The notes beneath the pieces were generated by a model. That model was not told the origin of the DNA, did not search any database, and saw nothing but the letters and a program-made list of their open reading frames with translations. From sequence record PQ898602.1: 64,000 nt of DNA. One strand, written 5' to 3'. This document shows, one piece after another, positions 9,412-18,597 of the stretch (positions are counted from its first letter, which is position 1; every line of letters starts with the position of its first letter). Made by a program: the position numbers and the translations under genes.

Positions 9412-9704
9412 TGGATGTAAAACTGCTACGAATTGTTACTGGCGAAGAAGTGGTCGCAGAAGTTCTTGAATGGACTGGTGGAATGTTGACAATCAAAAAT
9501 GGACTGGTTGTACTCCCTAGTGCAGATGGTCGGGTTGGATTCATGCCATGGGCGACAGTCATTGATCAGACTCAACCTGAGATTAATCTTGACATGAAAC
9601 ACATTGTGTATGTCGCAGAAGTTGATGAAGGTGTAAAAAAGAAGTATAATTCAATGTATGGGAGTAAGTTGGTTACTCCAGATGAAAAGAAACTGATTCT
9701 TTGA
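9408..9704 (+). CDS. Conserved T4-like hypothetical protein (Sm-like fold suspected)
   Basis: VKLLRIVTGEEVVAEV...MPW; related in style to ORFs 14650 and 15056. Confidence 0.7.
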   Translation: MMDVKLLRIVTGEEVVAEVLEWTGGMLTIKNGLVVLPSADGRVGFMPWATVIDQTQPEINLDMKHIVYVAEVDEGVKKKYNSMYGSKLVTPDEKKLIL

Positions 9705-9705
9705 T

Positions 9706-10827
9706 ATGCAATTAGAACTTGATGATGCAATTTACGCAGCTGACAAATTCATCGATTACTTCTCTAACATGGGACGTATTGATGAATATTTGCGTAATGT
9801 GAAACTTGATAGAATGAGTCAGATGCAAACGTCTCTTCTGGGTATGGGTCCAGAGGATGATATGTTTGACGCATTCGACATGCACCCCCAAGACATGGAT
9901 ATCCGAGTGTATCCTGCAGGTGTCAAGGGTGGTTTTAGTAACGAATACTTTAGTGAGAGACTGCAGATCACTACGTCTCACGCTATTGAAGACTCCATTC
10001 CTGGGAAGTCCCTGAAGTGGATTGTCAAAGAAATGAACACAAACAAGATCCTCGGATTCTGTCGTTTTGGTTCTCCTACGATCAACTCAAAACCTCGTAA
10101 CGATTGGTTGGGTAGTGTCCCCGAACTGAGTCGGTTCAATCGTCATGCGATCATGGGATTCATCATTGTTCCCACTCAACCCTTCGGTTTCAACTACCTG
10201 GGTGGTAAACTCCTGTCTCTCCTGTGTTGTTCTCATCAGGCCCGTGAGACATTAAATAGTAAGTATGATGCAGACATCTGTCTCTTTGAGACAACCTCCC
10301 TGTACGGGTCTACAAAGTCATCCTCTCAGTATGACGGACTCAAACCCTACATGAGGTATCGTGGACTCACACAGAGTGATTTCACACCCCTTCTGCATGA
10401 TGATATCTTTCAGGAGTTGAATAAATGGTTTATCGCACGGAACAACAACAAGTCTCTGGTGAAGGAGGACGCATCGAGTCGCAAGTTGAAGACTCAACAA
10501 AAGATGATCTCTCTAATCAAGAAAAGCTTGTCTTCTCAAAAGGCTGTGGAGTTCCAGACTGCGATTGCAAATGCAAAAAATCTGACTGAACAGAAGAGAT
10601 TTTACATGTCAGATTATGGTTTTGAGAATGCACGGGAAGTGATTCTCGGTGAACAGGATGTTTTGCGCCCTGGTCAAAACTACGAGAAGTTCTATACAGA
10701 GAACCTAATCAACTGGTGGAAGAAGAAAGCTTCTAACCGATTTGAGAAACTGAAGTCTGAAGGTAGACTTCGCACCAAGGTTGAGACTTGGAATTCAAAC
10801 CCTGATGAAATTGACATTATCCGATGA
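9706..10827 (+). CDS. DUF4338 (DruA-like) family protein
   Basis: LGFCRFGSP..NSKPRN.WLG, PTQPFGFNYLGGKLLSLLC, FETTSLYG..SSQYDGL. Confidence 0.7.
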   Translation: MQLELDDAIYAADKFIDYFSNMGRIDEYLRNVKLDRMSQMQTSLLGMGPEDDMFDAFDMHPQDMDIRVYPAGVKGGFSNEYFSERLQITTSHAIEDSIPGKSLKWIVKEMNTNKILGFCRFGSPTINSKPRNDWLGSVPELSRFNRHAIMGFIIVPTQPFGFNYLGGKLLSLLCCSHQARETLNSKYDADICLFETTSLYGSTKSSSQYDGLKPYMRYRGLTQSDFTPLLHDDIFQELNKWFIARNNNKSLVKEDASSRKLKTQQKMISLIKKSLSSQKAVEFQTAIANAKNLTEQKRFYMSDYGFENAREVILGEQDVLRPGQNYEKFYTENLINWWKKKASNRFEKLKSEGRLRTKVETWNSNPDEIDIIR

Positions 10828-11213
10828 GTTACGAACTGAAAGACTACCTGAACTCGATCAACTTCACTAAAGAGTATCTCATGAGTGAAGAGGATCCCAC
10901 CTGGGAAAAGAAATATCCTCCCTTCATTATCAATAAGTGCCTCTCTGGTTTTATTGACACGATTATGTATGCCAACGAGATGAATCTCCATCATAATCTC
11001 CCGTCAAAACTACAATATGACTTTTTACTAAATACCATCAGGAAACGGAAAAGATTTTCTCCGTGGCTTAAAAAAGAGAAAATTCAAGACCTTGATGCAG
11101 TAAAATCATACTATGGTTATAGTAATGAAAAGGCTCAACAAGCTATGAAGATTCTTACCAAAGATCAAATTAATCATATCAAAGCTAAACTTGATGTTGG
11201 AGGCAAAAGATGA
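10824..11213 (+). CDS. gp62: Clamp loader small subunit gp62
   Basis: YPPFIINKCLS, KRKRFSPWLKK, YYGYSNEKA. Confidence 0.93.
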   Translation: MSYELKDYLNSINFTKEYLMSEEDPTWEKKYPPFIINKCLSGFIDTIMYANEMNLHHNLPSKLQYDFLLNTIRKRKRFSPWLKKEKIQDLDAVKSYYGYSNEKAQQAMKILTKDQINHIKAKLDVGGKR

Positions 11214-11644
11214 GTACCTTCGTTGAACCTGAAGTCAGTTGGTCACAAGATCAGATGATTGAAGTGGTTCTTAATGAACCAGATGATTTCCTAAAAGTCC
11301 GTGAAACGCTCACCCGCATCGGTGTTGCCTCGCGTAAAGAAAAGAAAATTTATCAGTCCTGTCATATTCTACACAAACAGGGTAAGTATTATATCGTTCA
11401 TTTCAAAGAACTTTTTGCACTGGACGGCAAACACGCTAATCTTACAGTTAATGACGTTCAACGTCGTAATCGTATTATTAATCTTCTTTCTGACTGGGGA
11501 TTGATTTCTATCAATAGTCCAGAACTTGTTACTGATGTTGCACCTTTGAACCAAATCAAAGTTCTTTCTTACAGAGATAAGAACGATTGGGTTCTTGAGT
11601 CCAAGTATAATATTGGTAAGAAAAAGAAACCAGAAGCACAATAA
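11210..11644 (+). CDS. regA: Translational repressor RegA
   Basis: DDFLKVRETLTRIGVAS, QSCHILHKQGKYYIVHFKELF. Confidence 0.97.
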   Translation: MSTFVEPEVSWSQDQMIEVVLNEPDDFLKVRETLTRIGVASRKEKKIYQSCHILHKQGKYYIVHFKELFALDGKHANLTVNDVQRRNRIINLLSDWGLISINSPELVTDVAPLNQIKVLSYRDKNDWVLESKYNIGKKKKPEAQ

Positions 11645-11693
11645 ATAATGATGCGATCTTTCGTGCGGTCGCTTCAAAAGTCGGAAACCCTAG

Positions 11694-11722
11694 GAGGTGC
11701 GGTTATTACTGCACCTCTTTTT
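11694..11722 (+). terminator. Intrinsic terminator
   Basis: gaggtgcgg-ttatt-actgcacctc followed by T-tract. Confidence 0.7.
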
Positions 11723-11734
11723 CATGGTTTATGG

Positions 11735-11742
11735 TATAAATA
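11735..11742 (+). promoter_or_regulatory. T4-type late promoter upstream of hsp20
   Basis: TATAAATA. Confidence 0.75.
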
Positions 11743-11862
11743 TTTGTGGATATCTAAACCTTTAATATGGATTTGTCCTATTAAAGGTTTACGTGTTATC
11801 CTTTAATAACGGATGCCTTCGGGGTCCACAAAATCTAATCTCGCTTTTCAAGGAGAAGTACA

Positions 11863-12297
11863 ATGGTAAACATCCAGAAGTATCATGCTGCCGATTTGCC
11901 GCAGTTAATGGACAAGATTGTCAAGAATAGTATTGGAATGGACGATTACTTTGATCGTTTTTTCTTTCAACAGGAAACACAAAGTAACTACCCACCTTAC
12001 AATCTTGTGCAAGTCAGCAACGTGGAGTCTATACTAGAGATTGCACTCGCTGGATTCAAAAAAGAGGAAGTTAATGTCTACACCCAAGATGGTTCTCTGT
12101 TTGTTGAAGGACAGAAAGAGGCGAAAGAACCAAAAACTAACTACCTGCACAAAGGTTTGGCTCAACGGAGTTTTACACGTTCCTGGACCCTCAGTGACGA
12201 CACGGAAGTTCGATCAGTTACTTTTGAAGATGGGCTTTTGACAGTCAATCTCGGAAAAGTTGTTCCTGAACATCACCAGAGAAAGGACTATCTTTAA
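11863..12297 (+). CDS. hsp20: Small heat shock protein Hsp20
   Basis: NYPPYNL, EIALAGF, HKGLAQRSFTRSW, DGLL; aggag RBS. Confidence 0.95.
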   Translation: MVNIQKYHAADLPQLMDKIVKNSIGMDDYFDRFFFQQETQSNYPPYNLVQVSNVESILEIALAGFKKEEVNVYTQDGSLFVEGQKEAKEPKTNYLHKGLAQRSFTRSWTLSDDTEVRSVTFEDGLLTVNLGKVVPEHHQRKDYL

Positions 12298-12321
12298 ACC
12301 AAAACAAAGGAGTCTAGATCA

Positions 12322-12374
12322 GTAGTAACCGCTACAGAAATGTATCATGTTGATACATTATACTTCTATATAAT
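12322..12374 (+). promoter_or_regulatory. Putative NtcA-like site plus perfect palindromic operator and -10
   Basis: GTA-N8-TAC (12322-12335); AATGTATCA-tgt-TGATACATT (12339-12359); TATACT 12359, TATAAT 12369. Confidence 0.5.
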
Positions 12375-12396
12375 ATGTACCATTGGAGGACGACTT

Positions 12397-12480
12397 ATGA
12401 ACTTAACAGCCGCCACTCTTATCATCGGAACCATTTCGACTCTTTTTAGTTACGCAGTCCTTGCGCCTACACTACCCTAA
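12397..12480 (+). CDS. 27-aa hydrophobic peptide MNLTAATLIIGTISTLFSYAVLAPTLP
   Basis: Strong ggagg RBS and upstream promoter; below ORF-track cutoff. Confidence 0.6.
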   Translation: MNLTAATLIIGTISTLFSYAVLAPTLP

Positions 12481-12524
12481 TGGACCACCTATGGATAAAT
12501 AATGACACCCCTTGAGGTGGACTC

Positions 12525-12602
12525 ATGTTAATCGGTCTCATTATTGGTCTATTCGCGTTCATGGTCATCATCGCTTCAATTATTGCACCCAAAGAAGAAT
12601 AA
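12525..12602 (+). CDS. 25-aa single-TM peptide MLIGLIIGLFAFMVIIASIIAPKEE
   Basis: TAAATA at 12496-12501, gaggtgg RBS. Confidence 0.55.
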   Translation: MLIGLIIGLFAFMVIIASIIAPKEE

Positions 12603-12625
12603 ATACAACTGAATATCGTCGCCGC

Positions 12626-12667
12626 AGGGGTCAACTGGCAAAATCCAGTTGAAACCCCTCTTTTTTT
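12626..12667 (+). terminator. Long hairpin terminator
   Basis: aggggt-caactgg-caaaat-ccagttg-aa-acccct then T-tract. Confidence 0.7.
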
Positions 12668-12740
12668 ATGTCTATATAATTTGTTAGGACGCACTTACCC
12701 ATTTTATGGATGGGTAACTATATCCTCTACATTAAATGAA

Positions 12741-12971
12741 ATGACTAAACTATTCGTTCTTCCTCTAATGGTTGCTACTTTCGCATCTATCACTGGAGGT
12801 ACTGTTGCAGAAGCAAAACCTAGAATGTTCCATGGCAATCCTGGTCCTGGTGGTAATCCTGGAACCCTTCATCGTCCACGGAGACGTTGTACATTCAAAC
12901 GTCCATGTTCACGAATGCCTCAACTTCCTGATTTTGGTACTCCAATGCCTAGAGGTGGATTTCGCCGTTGA
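12741..12971 (+). CDS. Small exported basic protein (signal peptide, Pro/Gly/Arg-rich)
   Basis: MTKLFVLPLMVATFASITGGTVAEA-K signal peptide; terminator gagacc-ttcg-ggtctc-T7 follows. Confidence 0.55.
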   Translation: MTKLFVLPLMVATFASITGGTVAEAKPRMFHGNPGPGGNPGTLHRPRRRCTFKRPCSRMPQLPDFGTPMPRGGFRR

Positions 12972-13034
12972 TATACAGAGACCTTCGGGTCTCTTTTTTT
13001 GTGTTATAATATAGGTGACTTTTTTGCCCAAATC

Positions 13035-14585
13035 ATGCCTTGGTTGAGTCTTGCGATATTGTTTCCAATCGCTGCCGCACTTGGTATTCCTCTCCTACCC
13101 GATAAAGGTGATGGAAAAGTAGTTCGGTGGTATGGATTATCAATTACACTAATCACATTTCTGATTACGATTGCGGGGTATCTGAATGGATATGACCCTT
13201 CGATCAGTGATCTTCAGATGTCAGAAAGAATCAGTTGGGTTCCTCAACTTGGACTTACTTGGTCCGTAGGTGCAGATGGATTGTCTATGCCTTTGATTCT
13301 TTTGACTAGTTTCATTACTAGTCTTGCTGCACTTGCTGCATGGCCTCTTCGGTTCAAACCGAAACTCTTCTACTTCCTTCTTCTCCTGATGGATGGTGGA
13401 CAGATTGCAGTTTTTGCGGTTCAAGATCTTATTCTTTTCTTCCTTTCATGGGAACTGGAACTTGTTCCTGTGTATCTAATGTTGGCGATCTGGGGTGGTA
13501 AGAAACGTCAGTATGCTGCGACTAAGTTCATCATTTACACCGCAGGTAGTTCTTTATTCATTCTTATTGCAGGACTTGCAATGGGATTCTGGGCATCCAA
13601 TGGTGCTCCGAACTTTGAATACACTTACCTGATGAATCAGGGTTTCCCGAAGAACTTCCAACTCTGGTGTTATGCAGGATTCTTGATTGCATTCGGTGTC
13701 AAACTTCCAATCGTTCCTTTGCATACTTGGTTGCCTGATGCTCATGGTGAAGCAACTGCACCAGTTCACATGTTGCTTGCGGGTATTCTTTTGAAGATGG
13801 GTGGATATGCACTCCTGCGATTCAACTGCCAACTTCTTCCAGAAGCACATAAAGTATTCGCACCAATTTTGATTGTTCTTGGTGTTGTCAATATCATCTA
13901 TGCTGCATTGACATCATTTGCACAAAGGAATCTCAAACGGAAGATTGCATATAGTTCAATCAGTCACATGGGATTTGTACTCATCGGTATCGGAAGTTAT
14001 AGTGCTCTCGGAACCACTGGTGCAATGCTTCAGATGGTCAGTCATGGTTTGATTGGTGCATCTCTATTCTTCCTAGTGGGTGCAACATATGACCGAACCC
14101 ATACTCTTCAACTCGATGAGATGGGTGGAGTTGGTCAGAACATGAAAATCATGTTTGCACTTTGGGTTATGTGTTCCATGGCATCCTTGGCACTGCCAGG
14201 TATGAGTGGATTTGTGAGTGAACTAATGGTCTTTGCTGGATTTGCAACTGACTCGGTATACGATCTTTCTTTCAGAATTATTGTTTGTTTGACTGCTGCA
14301 ATCGGTGTTATCCTGACTCCGATTTATCTCTTGTCTATGTTGCGTGAGATCTTCTATGGAACTCCTAACAAAGAACTCGTCGATCACACTAACTTGGTAG
14401 ATGCAGAACCCAGAGAAGTTTATATCATCAGTGCTCTATTGGTTCCGATTATTGCAATCGGATTGTATCCAAAGATCATGACCGATACCTTCCAGTCATC
14501 GATTGATTCACTAGTAAATCGAGACAAAGCGGTGTTGGTTAGGGAATCCCCATTCACGATCAGGTACACGCCACCAACTGCATAA
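13035..14585 (+). CDS. ndhD: NAD(P)H-quinone oxidoreductase (NDH-1) subunit 4, NdhD1/D2 clade
   Basis: [58 protein letters not shown]. Confidence 0.95.
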   Translation: MPWLSLAILFPIAAALGIPLLPDKGDGKVVRWYGLSITLITFLITIAGYLNGYDPSISDLQMSERISWVPQLGLTWSVGADGLSMPLILLTSFITSLAALAAWPLRFKPKLFYFLLLLMDGGQIAVFAVQDLILFFLSWELELVPVYLMLAIWGGKKRQYAATKFIIYTAGSSLFILIAGLAMGFWASNGAPNFEYTYLMNQGFPKNFQLWCYAGFLIAFGVKLPIVPLHTWLPDAHGEATAPVHMLLAGILLKMGGYALLRFNCQLLPEAHKVFAPILIVLGVVNIIYAALTSFAQRNLKRKIAYSSISHMGFVLIGIGSYSALGTTGAMLQMVSHGLIGASLFFLVGATYDRTHTLQLDEMGGVGQNMKIMFALWVMCSMASLALPGMSGFVSELMVFAGFATDSVYDLSFRIIVCLTAAIGVILTPIYLLSMLREIFYGTPNKELVDHTNLVDAEPREVYIISALLVPIIAIGLYPKIMTDTFQSSIDSLVNRDKAVLVRESPFTIRYTPPTA

Positions 14586-14591
14586 ATTATC

Positions 14592-14628
14592 AGGGAGGTT
14601 TGACACCTCCCTTTTTTCATGGTATCCT
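14592..14628 (+). promoter_or_regulatory. Overlapping terminator and sigma70 promoter
   Basis: gggagg-tTTGACA-cctccc-T6; TTGACA-N17-TATCCT. Confidence 0.7.
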
Positions 14629-14649
14629 AGTGGGAGGTAAATTCTAATT

Positions 14650-15063
14650 ATGAGTAACGTTAAACTGATCGTTCTGAAGACTGGAGAACGAATCATTACT
14701 GAAGCAAAAGAATATGTTGATGATCAAGACCGAGTTCGTAGTGTCGTGTTTATCAAACCAATGCTTGTGGATTTTCTTACTCCAGAACTTCTCGTAGAAG
14801 ATCCTGATGACGATAGTGATGTTGTTGAACATCGAGTTGCGTTCATGCCATGGCAACCACTTTCTCAGGATGTTGAGTTTGCAATCAGTCCCGATCACAT
14901 TGCAACTATCTGTACTCCTATTGACTGGGTTGTGGAGTCTTATACTAATAAGATGAAGGGTGGTGATCCCACAAACTACGGAGAACCTGATGATACTCTT
15001 CGGATTGAAGATGATGAAACTCTTGATAGTATTGAAGTAACTGGAGAACTTTTAAATGAATGA
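14650..15063 (+). CDS. Conserved hypothetical protein upstream of gp43
   Basis: VKLIVLKTGERII...FMPWQPLS. Confidence 0.75.
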   Translation: MSNVKLIVLKTGERIITEAKEYVDDQDRVRSVVFIKPMLVDFLTPELLVEDPDDDSDVVEHRVAFMPWQPLSQDVEFAISPDHIATICTPIDWVVESYTNKMKGGDPTNYGEPDDTLRIEDDETLDSIEVTGELLNE

Positions 15064-15307
15064 GAATATTCAAGTAATCGTACTTGTTAATGGTGGTACG
15101 ATTATTAGTAGAATTGACCAAGTTATGTCTGAACTTGGTGAACCAGACTGCAAACTTACTAAACCACGTCTTGCAGAAGGGATGTTGCCCTGGATGGGAC
15201 ATTTGACTGATCAGACTGATGATATTATGATTTCATCGGATAAGATCCTCACAATGGTTGATCCGAAACAATCACTACTTGATGCATATTTGACCGCTAT
15301 TCAATGA
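15056..15307 (+). CDS. Conserved hypothetical protein
   Basis: ELGEPDCKL..P...PW...ISSDKILT. Confidence 0.75.
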   Translation: MNENIQVIVLVNGGTIISRIDQVMSELGEPDCKLTKPRLAEGMLPWMGHLTDQTDDIMISSDKILTMVDPKQSLLDAYLTAIQ

Positions 15308-17802
15308 AGTTCTATACAAGTGTTTTCCAACTAGGTAATGACATCCTCGTCCGAGGTTATGAAAATGGAAAACATTTCACGAAACGTGAACCTTTTCAAC
15401 CAAGATTTTTTGTTCCCTCCAAACGAGAAAGTAAATTCAAGACCCTTGATGGTCAAGATGTAGAACCCATTCATCCTGGTACTATCCGAGAATGTAAAGA
15501 ATTCTTGGAAAAGTATGACGGGGTGAATGGTTTCAAAGTCTATGGGAATGATCGATTCGTATACCAATACATTGCTCAGAACTACCCTGAGGAAGAGATC
15601 AAGTTCGATATTTCTAAAATCAAAGTTATCACCATTGACATTGAGGTTGCGGCGGAGAGTGGATTCCCCGATGTATTCAACTGCGCTGAAGAACTTCTAC
15701 TGATTACTGTTCAGGATTACAATACCAAACAGATCATCACCTTTGGTTCTCGACCTGCAAACATCACACAGAAGAACGTCAAGTTTATCCAGTGTGCGGA
15801 CGAGTATGACCTTATTGGTAGATTCATGGATTGGTGGACTGCAAACCCGCCAGAGGTCGTCACAGGGTGGAATAACGAGTTGTATGACATGCCATACCTT
15901 GTGGGTCGTATGTCCCGCCTGATGGGTGAGAAGTTCGCCAAACGACTCTCTCCGTGGAATGTGGTGCGTGTTGATGAAGTCACCATCATGGGTCGCAAAC
16001 AACTCAGTTGTCGCATCGCTGGTGTGTCTATCCTGGACTACCTGGATCTGTATAAGAAGTCTCCTGCAACTCCAAACCAAGAGAGTTATCGATTGGATCA
16101 TATTGCATTCATGGAGTTGGGTCAGAACAAACTGGATCACTCTGAGTTCGATACTTTCCGAGAGTTCTACACTAACGATTGGCAAAAGTTCGTCGAATAT
16201 AACATCGTTGACGTGGAACTGGTTGACCGACTGGAGGATAAACTCAAACTGATTGACCTTTGTTTCACCCGTGCGTTTGACGCCAAGGTGAACTTCAATG
16301 ATATTGCATACCAGGTTCGTACTTGGGATGCGATTATCTACAATTATCTTCTCAACAGAAACATTGTGATTCCGCAAAAGGAACGCAATAGTAAGAGTGA
16401 GAAGTATGCGGGTGCGTTCGTGAAAGAACCTATCCCAGGATCTTATGAGTGGGTTGTGAACTTTGACCTTAACTCTCTATATCCCCACCTGATCATGCAG
16501 TACAACATCTCTCCAGAGACGTTGTTGGAACAAAAACACCCTAGTGCAACTGTTGATAAGATTCTCAAGAAAGAACTGACTTTCGAGATGTACAAGGACA
16601 ACGCAGTTTGTGCCAATGGTGCAATGTATCGCAAGGATGTCCGTGGGTTCCTACCAGAACTCATGGAGAAGATGTACAACGAACGTGTTATCTTCAAGAA
16701 GAAGATGATCGAGGCGAAGAAAGCCTATGAGAAGACTCCTACTAAAGCTTTGGAAAGAGAGATCTCTCGTTGTGACAACATTCAGATGGCGAAGAAGATT
16801 GCACTGAACTCTGCTTATGGTGCCATTGGTAACGAGTATTTCCGATACTACAAACTTGCAAACGCAGAAGCGATCACCCTATCTGGTCAGGTTTCGATTC
16901 AATGGATCGAAGCGAAGATGAATGAATATCTAAACAAAGTCTTGAAATCTGATGGAGTTGATTATGTTATTGCTATCGATACTGATTCTATCTACCTTAA
17001 TATGGGTCCTTTTGTTGACGCTGTATTCAAAGGGAGAGAGGCGTCTACTGAGGAGATTGTCAATTTCCTTGATAAGGTCAGTCACATGGAACTTGAAAAG
17101 TATATTGAAAGTTCTTACGAAGAGTTGGCCGACTACCTCAACGCCTACGAAAACAAAATGGTAATGAAACGCGAGAACATCGCGGAACGTGGTATCTGGA
17201 CTGGTAAAAAACGTTATATCCTTCGTGTGTGGGATAGTGAGGGTGTTCGTTATGAGAAACCCAAACTTAAGATGATGGGTATTGAAGCTATCAAGACCTC
17301 AACTCCTGCACCTTGTCGGAAATACATTAAAGATGCACTCGACATCATCATGACAAAGGAAGAGGATGATGTGATTGACTTCATCGAGAATGCTCGTAAA
17401 GAGTTTAAGAATCTTCAACCTGAAGAGATTGCATTCCCTCGTAGTGTATCTGAGATTAACAAGTGGATGTCTCGTACAGACATGTATAACAAGGGATGTC
17501 CGATTCACGTCCGTGGTGCTATCCTATATAATCATTACACTAAAAAAGCTGGACTTGATAAAAAGTATGCACCCATTCAAAGTGGTGAGAAGATCAAGTT
17601 CCTGTATTTGAAAGTGCCCAATCCTATTCAGGAGAATGTTCTCTCCTTTATCCAAGATTTTCCCCGAGAACTTGGGTATGAGAAATATGTGGATTATGAT
17701 GCTCAGTTTAATAAATCTTTTATTGAACCTATGAAGATCATTCTCAATGCAATTGGTTGGTCCGTAGAACGGAAAGTTAGTTTGGAGTCTTTCTTCGCAT
17801 GA
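15304..17802 (+). CDS. gp43: DNA polymerase gp43 (family B)
   Basis: DIE exonuclease, DLNSLYPH, K..LNSAYG, DTDS; no intein or intron. Confidence 0.98.
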   Translation: MKFYTSVFQLGNDILVRGYENGKHFTKREPFQPRFFVPSKRESKFKTLDGQDVEPIHPGTIRECKEFLEKYDGVNGFKVYGNDRFVYQYIAQNYPEEEIKFDISKIKVITIDIEVAAESGFPDVFNCAEELLLITVQDYNTKQIITFGSRPANITQKNVKFIQCADEYDLIGRFMDWWTANPPEVVTGWNNELYDMPYLVGRMSRLMGEKFAKRLSPWNVVRVDEVTIMGRKQLSCRIAGVSILDYLDLYKKSPATPNQESYRLDHIAFMELGQNKLDHSEFDTFREFYTNDWQKFVEYNIVDVELVDRLEDKLKLIDLCFTRAFDAKVNFNDIAYQVRTWDAIIYNYLLNRNIVIPQKERNSKSEKYAGAFVKEPIPGSYEWVVNFDLNSLYPHLIMQYNISPETLLEQKHPSATVDKILKKELTFEMYKDNAVCANGAMYRKDVRGFLPELMEKMYNERVIFKKKMIEAKKAYEKTPTKALEREISRCDNIQMAKKIALNSAYGAIGNEYFRYYKLANAEAITLSGQVSIQWIEAKMNEYLNKVLKSDGVDYVIAIDTDSIYLNMGPFVDAVFKGREASTEEIVNFLDKVSHMELEKYIESSYEELADYLNAYENKMVMKRENIAERGIWTGKKRYILRVWDSEGVRYEKPKLKMMGIEAIKTSTPAPCRKYIKDALDIIMTKEEDDVIDFIENARKEFKNLQPEEIAFPRSVSEINKWMSRTDMYNKGCPIHVRGAILYNHYTKKAGLDKKYAPIQSGEKIKFLYLKVPNPIQENVLSFIQDFPRELGYEKYVDYDAQFNKSFIEPMKIILNAIGWSVERKVSLESFFA

Positions 17803-17963
17803 TGTATAAGTATGTTGTGTGTTGGTCTGTACCAGGAGAACTTTCTCCTCAACAACACCGAAGATATTTTCAAGACGAAGAGACTGCAAAATGGTTTGCA
17901 AATGAAATGAAAAACCTGTATAATTGGGTTATCTGTACCGAATCAAAAAATCTCGCGGAGTAA
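17799..17963 (+). CDS. 54-aa hypothetical protein
   Basis: ATGA coupling to gp43 stop; open frame MMYKYVVCWSVPG... Confidence 0.55.
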   Translation: MMYKYVVCWSVPGELSPQQHRRYFQDEETAKWFANEMKNLYNWVICTESKNLAE

Positions 17964-17964
17964 T

Positions 17965-18135
17965 ATGGAACTTCCTATCGACGACAAAGAACTCGCCACA
18001 ATCGTAAGTGCTCTGCGCCTGGGTGGTGATGCAGCTCTCTATCAGAAACTTAATCTGATGAAAGAGATCCGCGAACAATATCCTGGTAGTGCGTACAAGA
18101 AAATTGCTCGTGAACAATTTGGATTTGTTATCTAA
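17965..18135 (+). CDS. 56-aa hypothetical protein
   Basis: MELPIDDKELATIVSALRLGGD...; TAATG coupling to next gene. Confidence 0.65.
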   Translation: MELPIDDKELATIVSALRLGGDAALYQKLNLMKEIREQYPGSAYKKIAREQFGFVI

Positions 18136-18596
18136 TGTTTTTCAAAAAAATTAGTTTAGTTACGGGTGGGTTTGATCCCATCCATAGTGGACATGTATCC
18201 TATTTCAAGAGAGCTAAAGACTTCTCTGATTATCTTGTTGTAGGTCTGAACACTAATGAATGGTTGACCGCCAAGAAAGGTCAATACTTCTTATCCTGGG
18301 TTGAACGTGCAGAGATTGTACGTCACCTTAACATGGTTGATGCAGTGATCACTGTCCCAGATGACGAAGTTGGTTCTGCATGTGGTGCAATCGCAAAGTG
18401 TTTAGAGATCGCAGAGACTGTTGTATTTTGCAATGGTGGTGATCGTGGATCTGGTAATACTCCAGAACTCGATATGTATGGAGATAATCCCCGAGTCCAG
18501 TTTGAATTTGGAGTTGGTGGAGAAGATAAAATGAATAGTAGTTCTTGGATTCTACGAGGGTATTTTGAACGCCAACGTAAACTTCTAGGTATCTGA
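18135..18596 (+). CDS. Cytidylyltransferase (TagD/RfaE-II-like)
   Basis: TGGFDPIHSGH, VVGLN, NGGDR, NSSS. Confidence 0.85.
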   Translation: MFFKKISLVTGGFDPIHSGHVSYFKRAKDFSDYLVVGLNTNEWLTAKKGQYFLSWVERAEIVRHLNMVDAVITVPDDEVGSACGAIAKCLEIAETVVFCNGGDRGSGNTPELDMYGDNPRVQFEFGVGGEDKMNSSSWILRGYFERQRKLLGI

Positions 18597-18597
18597 A

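Noticed and set aside
9706-10827. Complete Druantia defence system
   Set aside because: No DruE helicase or other Dru genes nearby; flanked by replication genes
11648-11806. 52-codon ORF MMRSFVRS...
   Set aside because: ATG abuts the TAAATA box, has no RBS, and runs across a terminator and another promoter
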